A stretch of DNA of 64,000 nt from Neoechinorhynchus agilis (Eukaryota > Animalia > Acanthocephala). A program made the translations under genes and the position numbers. Position 1 is the stretch's first letter, and every line of letters starts with the position of its first letter. Positions 11,135-25,712 of this stretch are shown piece by piece. The notes below the pieces were generated by a model. That model searched no databases and had not been told where the DNA came from. It was given only the letters and a program-made list of their open reading frames with translations. The stretch is taken from NCBI GenBank assembly GCA_051530055.1, contig CM121342.1:11175480-11239479 (forward strand), written 5' to 3'.

Positions 11135-14100
11135 TATCTAATTGTTAACAACCGAAAAACCACATCCCCGCAAGCACACTATAACACGTGATGACGCTCA
11201 CAATCGATTACGTTCATCACATCTTCTTCCCCTTATAAGAACTCATCGTATGGCAATGTCGGCTTTCGGTGCGTCCGAATGCTCTTTTTTCAGCCTCATC
11301 GCATTCTCTGCATTATTTTCCACAACGTGCTCGCCATAATTGATCGAAGCATCTGAGTGATTGTCTTCTGGATTTTTCGGAATCGTCCCTTCCCTCTTTT
11401 CGTCGGCATAGCGACCTTTTTCGTCGATTTGTTCTGCAGTTTTGATCGATTCTTCATCACCGCTGTTTATTCTTCTGTTTCGCAGATAGTCTCCGTGAAC
11501 TTTTCGTTGGCTCTGTTCCGTCGAAATCCGGTAAGACAGCGGTCCACTTTGTCGACTAATGTTTGAATGTGTCTAAACCTTTCTTCGTACATTCTCTCTG
11601 GATTGTTTGTCGTGGTATTCTCACTGTCTACTTTGTTTCTCCACTGCTTTCCCCAATCGGTTTAAGATTATCTAAGCAAGTCAATAGACGTCGTCCAGGT
11701 ACCATTTCGGCCGGAATGCGCCCAGCCAACGCACGAGGACTATTTCGATGTGTTAATAGAAAATCATGCACGCTTAGATGCATCTCCTCCGCTGGCCATG
11801 CTTTCAGTGCTCTTGCTTTGATAGTCCCTATTAATCGCTCGGCTTGTCCGTTTATTTTGGGATGATAGGGCGCACTCCTGCAGTGGCTAATAAAATTTGC
11901 TTCACAAAATTGTTAGAATTTTATAGACACGAATTGTGGTCCGTTATCGGACACTAATACTGAATGTCTCCCTTAAGCATTCGATCATATCGTTCGTATT
12001 GAACCTTTTCTTAATGAAGACTTCAGACCACTTTCTACCAGCATCAACCACCATTTGGAACACCCTATCCTGGACCCGTAAGGTCAATATGGAGTCCTCC
12101 CCTATGTTTCTTTGGATGATCCCACGAAAGCAATTGTTCTTGCCCTTTTGGTCGATTCGAATGACATTGGTTACACCTCGCAATAAAATCATTTATATCC
12201 TCCTCTAACTTTGGCCACCAACAATGATAACAGGCGATTGTTTACTCGCTGTTTCACCAGGATGTCCACTGTGAATTTTTCGTAGGAATGCTTTTCGAAG
12301 TTTATATCGTACTACAATCCGTTCTAACCACATAAACCTCGCGTTCTCGAGTGAGAGTTCGTCTATTTGCATTACGAAGGCTTTATCCTCCCGATTTATC
12401 GATCCACGAGGCCAACCAGACAACAAATATCTCTGTATTCGTCGTAACTGACCGTCGTTCATAGTATTTCGTCTGACTGCTTCCATTGTTAGTCCTACCT
12501 TGAGCATTTCTCTTATTGTATCTACCTAACATCCATGGATTTCTGATCCCGGTTTTGTGAACATTCAGTTGATTGCGATAGTATCCGCGATGGAATATCA
12601 GCATAGCTATTGCTCTTTCCTGAAATATGCTCGATGGTATAATCGTATTCAGAAAGTTGAAAAGCCCATCGGACTAATCGACTATTAGTCGATTTAGCTA
12701 ACGTTCTCCTTTGTCCAAAAATGAAATTGAGTGGTTTACGGTAATTCAACAACTTGAATGATCTCCCATAAATGTAATTTCGGAAGGTTTGACAGCCATA
12801 AACCAATGCTAATGCTTCTTTTTCGATTGTTGCGTAGTGTTTTCCGCACCTCGTAGGACTCGCGACGCAAAGGATATCAGGAACATATCTCCTTTCTCAT
12901 GGACCAGTTCCCAAACTGGAATCACTCGCATCACAAACCGGTGCAATCGGTAGAGAACTATCATACGGTATTATCATCGATAAAAAAAATCGTTCGGGTT
13001 AGTCATACGGTATTATCTTTATTGCCCGCTTCAACGCTTGCTTGATCTCATTGAATGCTTTTTGATGTTCGGAGTTTCATTTACATTTCGCGTTACTTCG
13101 TGTCAATTTGTGCAACTTCGAACAGATCGTTTGAAAATGTGGTATGAACCGGGTGTGAAAATTCGCAAGTCCGAGAAACGATCTGAGATCCTCAACATTC
13201 GTAGGCGCCGTTACATTTGCCAAAACACTTGTTTTTTCCTCCTCTGGTGATATTCGATTTCCAGTAAGCTTATATCCAAGGAACCGCACCTCATCTTGCA
13301 AGAATTTGCATTTCAATGGTGTCACTTTAACTTTTGCGGCATTCAACCGCTTAAAGACTTCGATTAATCTTTGTACATGAACATGATCTGATGATGCTGT
13401 AACAATGATATCATCAAGATATGCACTAACTCCTTCGAGACCATGCAGGATCTTATCAATAAATCTTTGAAAAATTCACGGAGCGGCTGAGATACCAAAC
13501 GCTAGACGCTGATAACGATAGTAACCCCACGGGGTTGAAATCGTCAACAATCGGCTAGTGTCTTTATCCTCCGGGATTTAAAAATAAGCATCCTTCAGGT
13601 CGATGATACTATATTTCTCTCCACCAGCCACTTGGCTCATCATTTGTTCAAAAGTTGGGATGTGCAACGAATCCACATTTAGAAATCTATTGATGGTCAC
13701 GCGAAAACCTCCACATATACGAACGTCCCTACTCACCTTCCTGACCAATACTAGAGGTGCGGCTAACGTAATTTCCTCTTTTTAGATATTGACCGGAACA
13801 AGAACACCGTCGCACACCAGTCGATTAATCTCTCCTACAGCCGATTCCTGCAATGCAAAAGGAATCCTGCGAGCGTTCAATCTTATCGGTTTCGTATCGA
13901 CAGGTACAACTAACGACGCCGAGAAATCCTTAAATCCATCTAAGTTGTTTCCATTGAAAACCACCGAGAATCTCGCTTTTAACTTTTCGCAAATATCATC
14001 TCGTCCTTGCTCGCAAATCGCATTGACCTTCCCAATTTCCGCAGGGATCGTTATCCCAGATTCAATATCCAATCCAGACCAAACAATGGCTTTTCTGGTG

Positions 14101-15340
14101 CGTCTACTACCGCGACCTCCATTCGTTTGCTTTGATTCCTATAATCTACATTTACTGAACATTTTTCAAGAGTATCAAGCTAACTTTCGCCGAATGCTCG
14201 TATCGTTCTAGCACTTGTCAGTTTGAGGGCTCCTATTTTACACCAAATCTTCTTGGATGTAACTCTGACAGCGACACCCGAATCAAATTGCAAATCAATC
14301 GGTACCTGATTGCGTTTCACTAAGATTTGTGCCATTTACATGCCGCTCAATGCTCTGATACTGCTTACGTCTTTCCATTCTTCATTTCCTCTGTTCATCT
14401 TCTCATCATCAATTAAGTCCAAACTATTAGCCTATCGACCACAACCCTTACCTTTTGCCGAAAAATTTGGGTCGAAATCCATTTTTGTTGAGAAATGGAA
14501 ATAGACGAGTTTTGAAACATTTTTTGATAATTTTTGAAAGAGTGGGCAGAATGGATATTAGACGGAATGAATCGGTTTAAATCGAATGTCCCCTTTTCGG
14601 GACGAAGAATTACTTTAGCAAGTTTTATACATGGAGGTAGATGCCGGTAAGAGGGTCTACGAGTTCTGGCATGATGCAGCGAAGAGCCCAGTTTATGATT
14701 TCGGATTGAACGGACGAACTTGGAAAATATTAAATCAATTTTAGCTTGTTAATGCAAAAAATTCCCCATATGTTCACCTTCTGATTTAGTACACATCTCA
14801 GACGACAAAAACTTTTACGGCACAATTATCTACATTGCGTAAAAATAGCTTACTATTCTTAAGATTGTCAAAGGGCATTCCAATGCAACATTTACGAAGA
14901 ATTTATTGTCATGGAAGAGAGGAACATATCGATATCTATTGCGAGATCTCGAAACTTATTTACCATAAGTTCTATCTGTCGATTGCACTCAGATGAAATT
15001 TCTAAGAGAAGATCTCGTTGTTCACGAAGGGCACTCACCACGTTCTGCTCTATCGGTGGCGCAGCCCTCAAAAGCGACAAGTCCTCGTCCAATCTAACAG
15101 TCGAATCTTGAAGCTCCATTAAGGCGTTGTTTAGTGATTCAATTTGATGCTTTTGTGTACTGAGTCGACTTTCGTTATTGATCCGATCTGTTGGAAGTTG
15201 AGAACAAAGCTCCTTTACGTGACTGACTTGCAAGTGAACGTGATGATAAATAGATTCCTGGAGTTTGAGCATTCTGTTTAATGTGTCTTTGGCAAATACT
15301 GATAATATTTTGTACGATAAAATCTGTCTAATTTAATAGT
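11135..15340 (-). mobile_element. Decayed Gypsy LTR retrotransposon (gag-like, protease, RT, RNase H, integrase, PPT and start of 3' LTR)
   Basis: FLGYKL, LRSFLGLANF, RLVRWAFQLSEYDY, IHSGHPG, GQAERL. PPT AAGGGGAAGAAGA precedes TGT at 11221. No 5' LTR found. Confidence 0.8.
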
Positions 15341-18300
15341 AACAAACTTATTTTTTAGAAAAAAATAAATTGAAAGTCGTCGAATGAAGGCAATAACCAT
15401 TTGAAACAGAGCTTACAAAATAAAAAGTTATCGCTTTGATTTGACAACTTTGAAATTTGTGGGAATTAGGTGTCTTGGGTCTAATTGAAAAAGTAAACAG
15501 AGGAGAAATACTGGTTCTGGGGTACGAAATATTGTACACTATAAAGACAAAATATACGGATGAATATTCCTATAAATTCTTTGTTGAAGTAAGACCTCTT
15601 TTACGGGTGATAACTTTCCTTTGGCACACAGAGCCGTGGAAAAAGGTCTCACTTCAACAGAGAATAAATGTAACCGGCTAGCCAGACTTAAAAGAAAATT
15701 CTTCTAAATACCATGATAAATTTTTAATTTGTCTAAATTCAAATATCAATGATACAATATCGATGGACCAGCAATTTTCAGAATTAAAGTAACTATAAAT
15801 ACCCGAAGACATTATTTCTCGCCCATAAAAACACCGGGATTATCAAGAGATGCCTTACTGGATTCCTTGAATAATCGAAAGACGTGACCATTGAGCCTAA
15901 ACAATGAACAGAACCTTGCCAGTGCGACAAAAGATCCTTCTTCACGAAGTTCAACATCTATTCTTTCGTGCTTGAACCTATACGTTCCTTTTTATTTTGC
16001 AGAAGCACGATGCAACCTTGTGTTATAATCAATCAACTCGAAGTGTCCGTTGATTTTGAGCTTTTGCACCGTTCGATGATCCCTTCGGGGATTTTCGTTC
16101 TTGTAGTTGGGAATATTCGTTCGCCGTATTGTTCAATCTCTCTTCACCGATTTAGCCCCTTGTCTCTCAATTCCCAAAAACCTTAGGTTTCCTAAGTTCG
16201 CCTTATCGTTCGATCTTCCTTCGTCATTGTCTCGATCTCTCATAAGTAGCATGCACTCTGATTTATTTTAAGTTTGCTCGTACAAAAACTTTCATGATGA
16301 AATGTTCTAAATATTCAGGTTTCAGATGATTGGCATTCACTCGATTTAGTAGTCCAATATGCAAAACATTAATGAGTTCATATTTTACACAGAGCAATTA
16401 GCTACTTATATATAGAGACCTGCTTCTCCATGGCAAAACTAGAAGTTGAGACGATTGACGATTGTGGTGGTCACAGGAGTCCCAGTCCGTTGGGGTCCGC
16501 CGTTTTCTAGCCTCCTCTTAGCATAGCCTTCCTCTGTTGATTTTGAATCACCATTGAGGATTTCCACCAGTGCCCTTTTTGCATACTAATGTTCAGGGTT
16601 CATAACATAGCTGTCCTACACCCTTAACGGTAATGGATCACTCGGAGTCCCAGCCGGTATAATTCTGCTGGGTATTCCCTACTTTAGCTTGTGAACGTAT
16701 GCCCAAAACCCCTTAAAATATCCAAGGAGAAATATAGATGAAAGTTTAAAGGTTTTTAAGTTGACCAATGCATATGTTTTGAAAATCCTGTGTCAAAATG
16801 ATTGCGGTGCAGTTACCTTGGGGACCCTCGCAGCAGAAAAACTCTTACCTTTCTCGATTCCTATTTCATCCTCCTGCTCTCTTCATCATACAATTCTACT
16901 AAATTTTCATCTAGAATAATTTCTCCATGTGGCTTGCGTATTGCGAGAGTCAGCTTTTCCCGCACATTGATAATTGACAAAAGTACATGCATATAGCCGT
17001 TCAAAAAATGTTGATCATGTACTTCAAGTATCGACCTAGATTTAAAATTTCATACAAAACAGTATTTCGTGGATAATCAACTTGACCTCATGTGACAATG
17101 AGTGTATTGTAGAGGCATTGCATGAAGTACAATCGCTGTCAAGGAAAACTTACAAGACATTCGTCTTTAATGATCCCTCTCGGATGTTGACTAGCGACCT
17201 AAATAACAGCGTGATGTGTTTATTTACTACTGCACAGGACAAGTAATTTGACCAATGATCCAATCGTTAATTACTTTTTAACAAAACTTTATAATGTACG
17301 GTGTCATCCGGAATTGACGGTGCGGAATGATAACTTCATTTAACTAACAACAATGTGCAGATACGTTCTAAACAATAAGTCGTCAACAATTGAAACATTT
17401 CAATTTGCTAAAGCAAAAATATATGAATTAAGGTCGCAGTATTTTGGCACAACAGTTCATTGGAGTTGTGCTGCGAAGAAGTTTCGATTCTGAGATTTAT
17501 AAAACTGTTATGCCATCATTTAGATAAACGATATCCATATAATGAGATAACAGAGTGGCAAACCTTTGACTCATTGCAAATTAACAAATTTTGATTTTAT
17601 CAAAGATAATGTAAAACGTCGCATCACAAAGTTTTCAAGGTTTATGTCAAGGTGTAATGAGAACGCCACATCAAAAGTCTGTGAACAGTATGTCGACTTA
17701 AAAAATTTTTATTAAAGAGAAAGTTAAAACTCGTTCAATTTAGAAATTCGACAACGTCGATAGCTATGCATTTATTTGAAGCACTTTTATGAGATTAAGT
17801 TCAGCTTTCTGAACAGTATTAAAATTAAATCCAGAAACAGACTTCAGATCGATCATTTGTATAAACTTATGAACATTAAATTTTGCTTATTATCTGGTAG
17901 TCAAATTAGTCTAAATCAAGTTTACAAGCATTGGATTGCCTATAATGACAGACGTGAAAAAATATCCGAGTTTAACTAAATGTTCAAAGAGAAAATTGAA
18001 TTGATTGATATTATTTACAACTACTATTTAATTTAATTTTTGATTATAATATTGCAGTTTTTTATAGATACCGCTCAGTAAAAGTTATCATTAGAATTTT
18101 TTCGCTCACGTTAATCTTTTCCGCGTAGCCTGTCAAAAAATCAGAGGGAACGTCAAAAAATTATGGAATTTCTATTTGTAGGACTATTCGTCTTATTTAA
18201 TAATGTGATTTACTAGCCTACACAACGTTCTAACATTATCGAATTCGACCATAACATACAAATCGTATGCTTATGATTAGACCATCAAAAACTTATTTGT

Positions 18301-18434
18301 AAGCTTTGAAGCAAATATATACTGAAGGAGTTTTGAACACCAATCCCACTTCTATAACCATAGGCACTATCCCAATTCGATTAACAAGTTTCCTATCATC
18401 GAACCACAACAAAAAGGATTACTGCTCGCTAAAA

Positions 18435-19478
18435 ATGAACCACTGCGAACGTGATCATTTCTGTGGATATCCCAATTGCCATCGTAACTTTATATTTTAT
18501 GAGGATTTCCTTTTGCATCTCGATAATGAACATCACCCTCCCAATGGGCATGAGAGTAAATTGGTATGCCAATACAGACTCATACGTCGTATCGAACGCA
18601 AATTGGCTAAGGAGAAGGCCCTTCTTGAACAAATGGTTGCACTTAGGCAAGAACAGTTCATGCTGACATGCTCGGTCAAACGATATCAAGACGAGATGAA
18701 CTTAAATGAAGACGCAAACCGTAACAAGATCCGCAATCATCGTTTTCCGGACGAAATATTCTGTCCCAGGCAGGAGCCTATTATGCCACAAAATTCAGGT
18801 TTAAATAAAGACCAAGAATATAATGACGAGGTCCGCAAACAATGCCTTCTGATCGAAAGTGCTGCTCGGGGGCAAAATCATTTCATGCCTAGAAGCTCGG
18901 TCAAGCGATGCCAAAGTAAGATAGATATAATTTGCGACGTTAAGTGTCCTACGATCGAAAAACCTTGGTTGGATCGTTGGCACGAAGAACGGAAATTTAA
19001 AGCCAGAATGGAAGCATTGAATTTTTTAAATGGTAGATACTCTTTCTTTTCTGTGTAGAATTCATGTAGCAAATTCTTTAGACGCCGAGAGGATTCGATA
19101 CAGAGGATTTCCCCTTAAGCCTCCGGAGACGTATGTAGGCCTCATAAGGCAAGCCATCGCCGAAACTCCTGAACGGCGCCTTAGCGTACATTGCATCTAC
19201 AAGTGGTTTCGCGATACATTTGCATACTTTCAACTTCACTTGGGAAACTGGAAGGTTTGTCTTTGTGCATTCGATCTCTCTAAATTAAGAAAATCTTTAT
19301 TGTTTAGGCCACTGTAAGACAAACGCTCGCTAAAGAAAAGTGCTTTAAAAAGATTGTACAAGGTGACGAGGTCCGATGGACAGTTGACGATAATTTACTT
19401 CAACAACGCATTGCTGAGACGGGTAAAAAGGGAAGGAAAAGGAAGGCAGGAACGAATTTACAAATGCCGCCAATGTAG
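18435..19478 (+). CDS. FOXP: FoxP-like forkhead protein (C2H2 finger, leucine zipper, forkhead) with divergent helix 3
   Basis: CGYPNCHRNFIFYEDFLLHLDNEH plus coiled coil; KPPETYVGLIRQAI...FAYF...WK; canonical introns including 19255-19307 at the conserved WK position. An upstream exon is possible. Confidence 0.85.
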
Positions 19479-21681
19479 TTAGAAAAATAACAAGTGATAC
19501 TTTTGATAATTAAACGTTCTTAAAAATGGTTCATTAATGCTTATCATATAGACCGTTGGTCTATACAGAGAATAGATTGTAGTTTAATACCAATTAAGAT
19601 AATGATTCGGGTGCCGCGCAATGAAAGTAGGTTCAACGAAGTTCAGTTTTGAAGGTCATGTTCTTTAACAGATACTATTCTGTTATATAACGTAAAATCT
19701 TCTCATTCTTTCGTCTAGTTTCGAAATTTCCTGATGGTATACTAAATAAGGAGTTGTTTTTAAGTCAATCCCTTTAAAAGAAGAAACGATTAGGAGCTTA
19801 TAAAAGAATGCTTGGGATCGAAAGTTACCAGATATGCTAAATATTGTCAGATTTTTGAGAGAATTTCTTTTAATGGTTGTACTAACTAGAGGATTATAAA
19901 TGAAGTTTTCAAGATTATGAAAACAAAATCGGTGATAGATCGTTATGTAGTAAAGCCCGGGGAGTTTAGATGCAATTTTAGTGCATTACCCAAACCCATA
20001 AACAGTTTTAACCCATTTTCCTGATTTCTCCTAAATTTCTTGATTTTTGATGCGCCACCCATTGATCGAGAAGTCTAAGGTAGGTAAATTTAAAAGCTAC
20101 TATTTTCACTAAGATCCAAGAGCTCAAGGGGTTTAAAGTCATTAATTGAATTAGAGTGAATGATAACATATTGTTTCATGGAGCGGAGTGTCATCGATAA
20201 GGAAAATATTCAGATATATCCATCTTAAGATAATGTAAAGAATTCCAATTATGTATTTCAAAATTATTTATGTTGGGCAGGGATCGTGTTGCCATTTACT
20301 TTTTGTTTATCAAACTTAACAAAAACATGACAACTTTTAAGAAGCGAGCATAGTTTACTGAGTAGGTAGACTTTGAAAACGAGTTGCATTGTGGGCTAAA
20401 AAGGGCAAAGTGGCTTACACCTTCGAGCCAAAAATGTGTGCATGTGAGAGTTATATACAGTCAAAATTGTAGATAGACTCAAGTTTGTGTTTTTATTATT
20501 GAGGAATCCGACAAATACGCTATGATATTCAACTTTTTCTAACACAACCAGAATTAATCGTTGCGTATTTCTTACCAAAGGACTAGTCTGAGACCTGGGG
20601 AAATTTGATTTCCTTTTGTAAACCTCAGTCAATCATCGTACTTCTAACTGAAATGTAAATATGAAGATTTACGTAAATTAGATGCTTTTAGTTTAAAACG
20701 GATTGATATCACCAAGTGAAAATGATCTCTAACTACCAAATAGCGCAAGTCCTCTATTTTTGTCCAATGTTGGTTAATAAAAGCGAAATAATGATTTCGT
20801 GTTCAACTCTACAATTAATTTCATTGATTACCTATTGCCATAAAATTGAAAAGGTATGTTATAATTGCCGGCCTAAAGTTAGAATTTAAAAACAAATTAA
20901 TACAAGATAGAAAAATAACAAGAATATCGTGATTCAAACAATGGAGGAACCAATCAAGCTGCCGAAAATATAATACAGGTTTACTTATCGTCTTAAGCCC
21001 CATACGCTCAAGCATTCCGATATGCAGTGGTAAAAAAGAATGATATCTAAAATCTACGAAACTAAATTTTAATTGAATAGAGCACGGTCAACGAGTTTAA
21101 TTTTAGAAAACTCGTAATAGGGTTACGAATTCCCAGCATCCATTTGAGCATCAGCTCATAAGGTACGCGATGAATTCACATCGGAAGCATTAACTGCATA
21201 GAATAGATTTCGCGTTCATAATAGATATTAAGTTTACTTAATAAGTAACGATCGAATACCAAGTTATTTATGCTTTTCAAACATTTTAGACAGGCAGCAA
21301 AGTCTTATGGAAATAACAAAAGCGAAGTGCGAGGTAGTAAAAAATTCTCTGCGCAAGTGATCACCTAAAGCGTTTTTTAATAATAGGCGGTCTGTCCTTT
21401 TTAAGGATTAAGAATTATAATGGTCACTCGACACTAATTTTGGAGAGGATAATTTCGATCATAGAGCGAATCTTTTAAAACTTTTAGGACTTATGTTTCG
21501 TTAAGTAACAATATTGAGCTGGTTTAAGAAGTGCTGTAGATCCAAAAAGGTCGCTTATTCAAATGAGCTTTATACGGAAAATACTGACATTTTTTACAAT
21601 CACGACAATCCTCCTCCGCACATTCGAACGACTTTTTATTCGTTTTTCCTTACAGTTGGCATTCCTAAGCCACTTGCAAGC

Positions 21682-23501
21682 CTAATGAGCATGAGGCGTA
21701 TTGCCTTCATACTTGGCAAGGAAATACATACTGGCACACCCAGCAATAAGTCCAACGTTAAACAACACGACTCTTATATTAGAGATTCGTTTGTTTGGTA
21801 GAAGAAGAGGAAAGAGGTCAACAAGGGCTACATACAAAAATACACCTGCCGTATATGCGAGTACCCAAGGCAGCGAACTTGTTATCATTGAAGTGATACA
21901 GAATCCTACGATAAGTCCAATGTAGGCGGTAAGTGCGGTTGCGAGGTTAAAGAACAAGGCTTGCCAATTGGTGAAACCAGCGTGGATCAGGATCGCATAG
22001 TCACCGAGCTCATGAGGCAGTTCGTGAAGCAAGACGACCAACGTAGTAATGAAGCCGAAATCGGTACTGGAACTGAACGCAGCGGCCAAAGCTACTCCAT
22101 CGCATGCATTGTGAATAGAATCGGCGAAAAGAATTATGTACGCAAATCGTTTCACGTATCGGATACTTCCTAGGAACTTTCCAGTTCTTTTCCAAAACGA
22201 TTGTTCTACTTTTCGATTAGTCTTTTCTGAATTGTTAACCAGTTCCTGGTCTACAGGATCCGACTGAGTGGTTGATTGAGGCAACGGTACAGTCGCGATT
22301 CCGAAAAACCCCGACTATTTAGGACTAACCCGTGAAGTATATATTTTAAAGTGATTTTGTTTAAAATGCGGCTAACAGCAGAAAATTTACAACTATAGTG
22401 AAAAATTAGATAGGTAAGAAATACAAAGACAAAAATATAGAGACTAGATCAATGGTTTGAGCAGTTGAGAAATGAATTCGAAACGTTCTTGCCCTGAAAC
22501 GGAATCACGGCGCAATAACTCATCATCTAGATCGTGTTGATGGTGTTCATGATGAGAGGCATGATCGGCACCGGGTAATTTGCTGAGAAGTATATCCATC
22601 AAGTATACCGAGTACATTCCAACAATGACCATAAGAGTTTTAGCCAAGTGGTCACCACCATGTTCATGATCGCACTCATGAGAAGAGTCATCTCCATGTG
22701 AGTGAAGTCCATAGGCCTAAATGGTTCATAAGAATGCACGATGTCAAAATCACGCGTACATGTGGAATAAGATGAAAAAGAGCGTCTCCAGCCAAGGTTC
22801 CCACTGACAAGCTTGTAAGGACGGCCATGGCCTGATTTCTTAATCCTTTAGACAGAAATCGAAACATCAGCATCCCAGGTGCACTTGATAGACATACAAG
22901 GAAGGTAGCCAATGAACCATAGAGGATTGCTAAAAAACAGTTGAATATGCGTTCAATGTGGAATGTGACACAAAATACCTGTTTGCTGAGAAGGTCGCTT
23001 TAAATCTAATGTAGACTGTTGCGTATGAACGTTCGTATCATTTGTCATTATCTCCAGAATCGAAGAACAAGCCTTTTCGAACTGATTAGGAGGTAACCCC
23101 AAACCTATTGTTCGTTTCAAAGCAGCTTGAGCGGATTCCGGAATTCCACGACTGTCGGAGCGGGCGGTGTGATTAGCCTTTTCCACCGCTCCACAATTAC
23201 GTTCTCGTTCATTATTCGCGTCGCTCACGTCGTGCTGATGAGTGTGGCCGTGCCGATGGCAGTGTTCGTGATGAACGTGGCTATGGTCGTGATCATCAGC
23301 ATGGTCATGACAGCAAATCTTATGCTTAAGATCCGACATCATGCATTTGAAGGAGCTTATTGTAAACAGTGTTGATCGGTCGACTGCATACTTTTTGAAC
23401 AATCGGTCAGTCGCGTTGTTTTGGATGTTTGATGAACATGTAGGTCCGATGAACGATAATGAAATGATCACAATGCCAACTCTTTGCAGATTCAGCATCA
23501 T
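21682..23501 (-). CDS. SLC39A: LIV-1 family ZIP zinc transporter (ZIP6/10-like) with His-rich ectodomain
   Basis: Signal peptide, His-rich tracts, VGTLAGDALFHLIPH, DSIHNACDG, HELPHELGD; canonical introns. Confidence 0.9.
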
Positions 23502-24525
23502 CTACAAGGCAGATGCGGGTAAAAGGATTCAGGGTTTATGTGGCAGTCGGAAACCTTCAACGAACGAGAAAAGGATGCACTACTGTACCTTGTGACAATG
23601 TAAAATAGTTTCCGATCAAACATGCGTGATGAGGACATTTCGTCGCTTGTCTTACAAGTAATTCGCATACTACGAGATTCTCATACAAGGACGAAATTCA
23701 AACTAAACCACAACTAAGTCTTACAAGATAAAAAAATTGAGGTCGTCGCAACAATCTTAAAAATTGCTAGTTTTTAAATTGCAAAAGGCTGATTGGTGTG
23801 CGATTGAAATTTGGCGAGTAACGTAGAGCAGCGCCAGACTGTGGCAACTAACAAAAATTGTTCTCTAAGAACTTTACAACGAATGAAGTACAAGAATGAA
23901 GATACCAGTGACTATAGGATTATCACGAAGATATCGAAGCTATCATGGCGTAAAATTGTAGTTGACAACCGGAACGATTGTTTTGAAAACTAGAGAGCAA
24001 TTCACCCAAAGTGAATAATTTTGCATAGGGCTTGAGTCACGGCTTTTCACTTGATGTTTAACGACTTTAACTTAAATAGTAGATGGCTTTCATTGTGTGG
24101 ACAAACAAATTCGCCGAAAGTTTACAGCAGCAACAATGATTACGATTCATTTCAGCATACACTTTTAAAAAGACTTAATAAAATGACGAAGTGAGTAAAT
24201 CCGTTTTCATTGTATGGAGTGCGCTGCGATTTTGTTACATTTGCATCGAAAGTGATTGAACAGAAGATAAAGTCAAAATTGGGCTAGATTTGCTTAGTGG
24301 TATTTTTCAAATACGGTAATAAATGAGCTTGTCAACGCCACCTTCATTTACGAAAAAATTGTAATTTTCAAACGTTTATTGCTAATTCATTATAAGAGCT
24401 CGATCCTGTGGAAAGTATAAAATTGAAACGAAAACTATGGACATTTCAAAAAAAGTAACCATTTAAGTCATCCTGTGTGATTGTACGCCGCGCAATTCGT
24501 CGGTTGACTCGTCGACCTCTGACCT

Positions 24526-25712
24526 TTACAACGAAGGAAAGAGCGATCTACTGAGGATTAGAAAACAGCCATTGCTAGCAATTAAAATGACCCGAGACGG
24601 TATTGTCCGAGTGACTATTGTGCGCAGCCAATTAGAGTTTGGAGCGCCCGTGATATAATAGAGTACATCACTCACTCCCCCATTTCCATTCTCTGTGAGC
24701 AATAAGTGTTGTAAGTTTGAATAGCTCTCTCCCCTACTGAATACTGTCGGTTCTGTCACGAATTCCGTGAGTACAAATACATTGAGAGTCACAGTGGACA
24801 TAGGAAGTGCCAAATTGAAGACAACGACAAATTCCGGACTTTGACTTTTAGAACCTAGTAAATTTTGTTAAACATTTTCTATGTCACGGATCAAAAGGGA
24901 CCAGGACATTCATCTCGCTTAATGAAGCCTGCGGAAACTAATTGATTAGTTATGAATTCGTTAAAGAAAAAGCAAACCGCGAAGGTTAAAGCGTCCCGCT
25001 TTGTCGAAACTATATGTCAAACGCTTTGCTTTCAATCGCCTATCTTTGAGAAACTTCGATAAACCCCAAGTGGAGGTGCGATAAAGGTACTCAAGGTATA
25101 AATAAGTATTTGAGGAGAGAACGAAACTGATATAAGGAAATTATAAACAAATCAGAAGTCGATTATCTCATTAAAGCCGACGAAGGTGGGGATTTCGCAC
25201 ATAAACGGGCATAACCTTTTCAAAACTTAGAATCGATTTAGAGTTCAACGATGAACACAGTGTTAAATTTCTATGATTGAAGTAAAGAAATAAAACAAGT
25301 AAAACCTTTAGGCAAAAATAGGTAAAAATTATTGAAAAGTTGTCTTAAATTCTGTAACGGACTAATTGTTTTTTTTCAAACAAAATAGAGCTTTTGACAA
25401 TATCTAAGGTGAAAAGAGTTTTAGATTTCATGTTAAATACTGAATTACGTTTTTTTTACATTTTTCCAGTTAAATTTTTGCTCGGATGATGTGTGTATGA
25501 AACTTTAAAGCTGCAAGAGGATTGGAATCATAACTTGAAACCCATTTTGGTTATTCCCGGCTACTTCTGGACAAATCGAACGAAGGGCGGCTGCCGATAG
25601 CTCACTGTAGTGACAGCAACAATCGCATTAGTAGCATGCAGCACAACACTACGAGCAAGTACGCAAATGCGAACTTGATTCTACGAGTATGCGATGCATG
25701 AAAGTGTTTCAT
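24526..25712 (-). CDS. Uncharacterised type II membrane protein, possibly Golgi glycosyltransferase-like
   Basis: Exon 1 MKHFHASHTRRIKFAFAYLLVVLCCMLLMRLLLSL ends at a GTGAG donor; phase-compatible GT-AG exons join it to the 24526-24813 ORF. 3' end uncertain. Confidence 0.45.

Noticed and set aside
17000-17800. Possible degenerate transposase-like frames
   Set aside because: No recognisable motif; indistinguishable from AT-rich background by eye.
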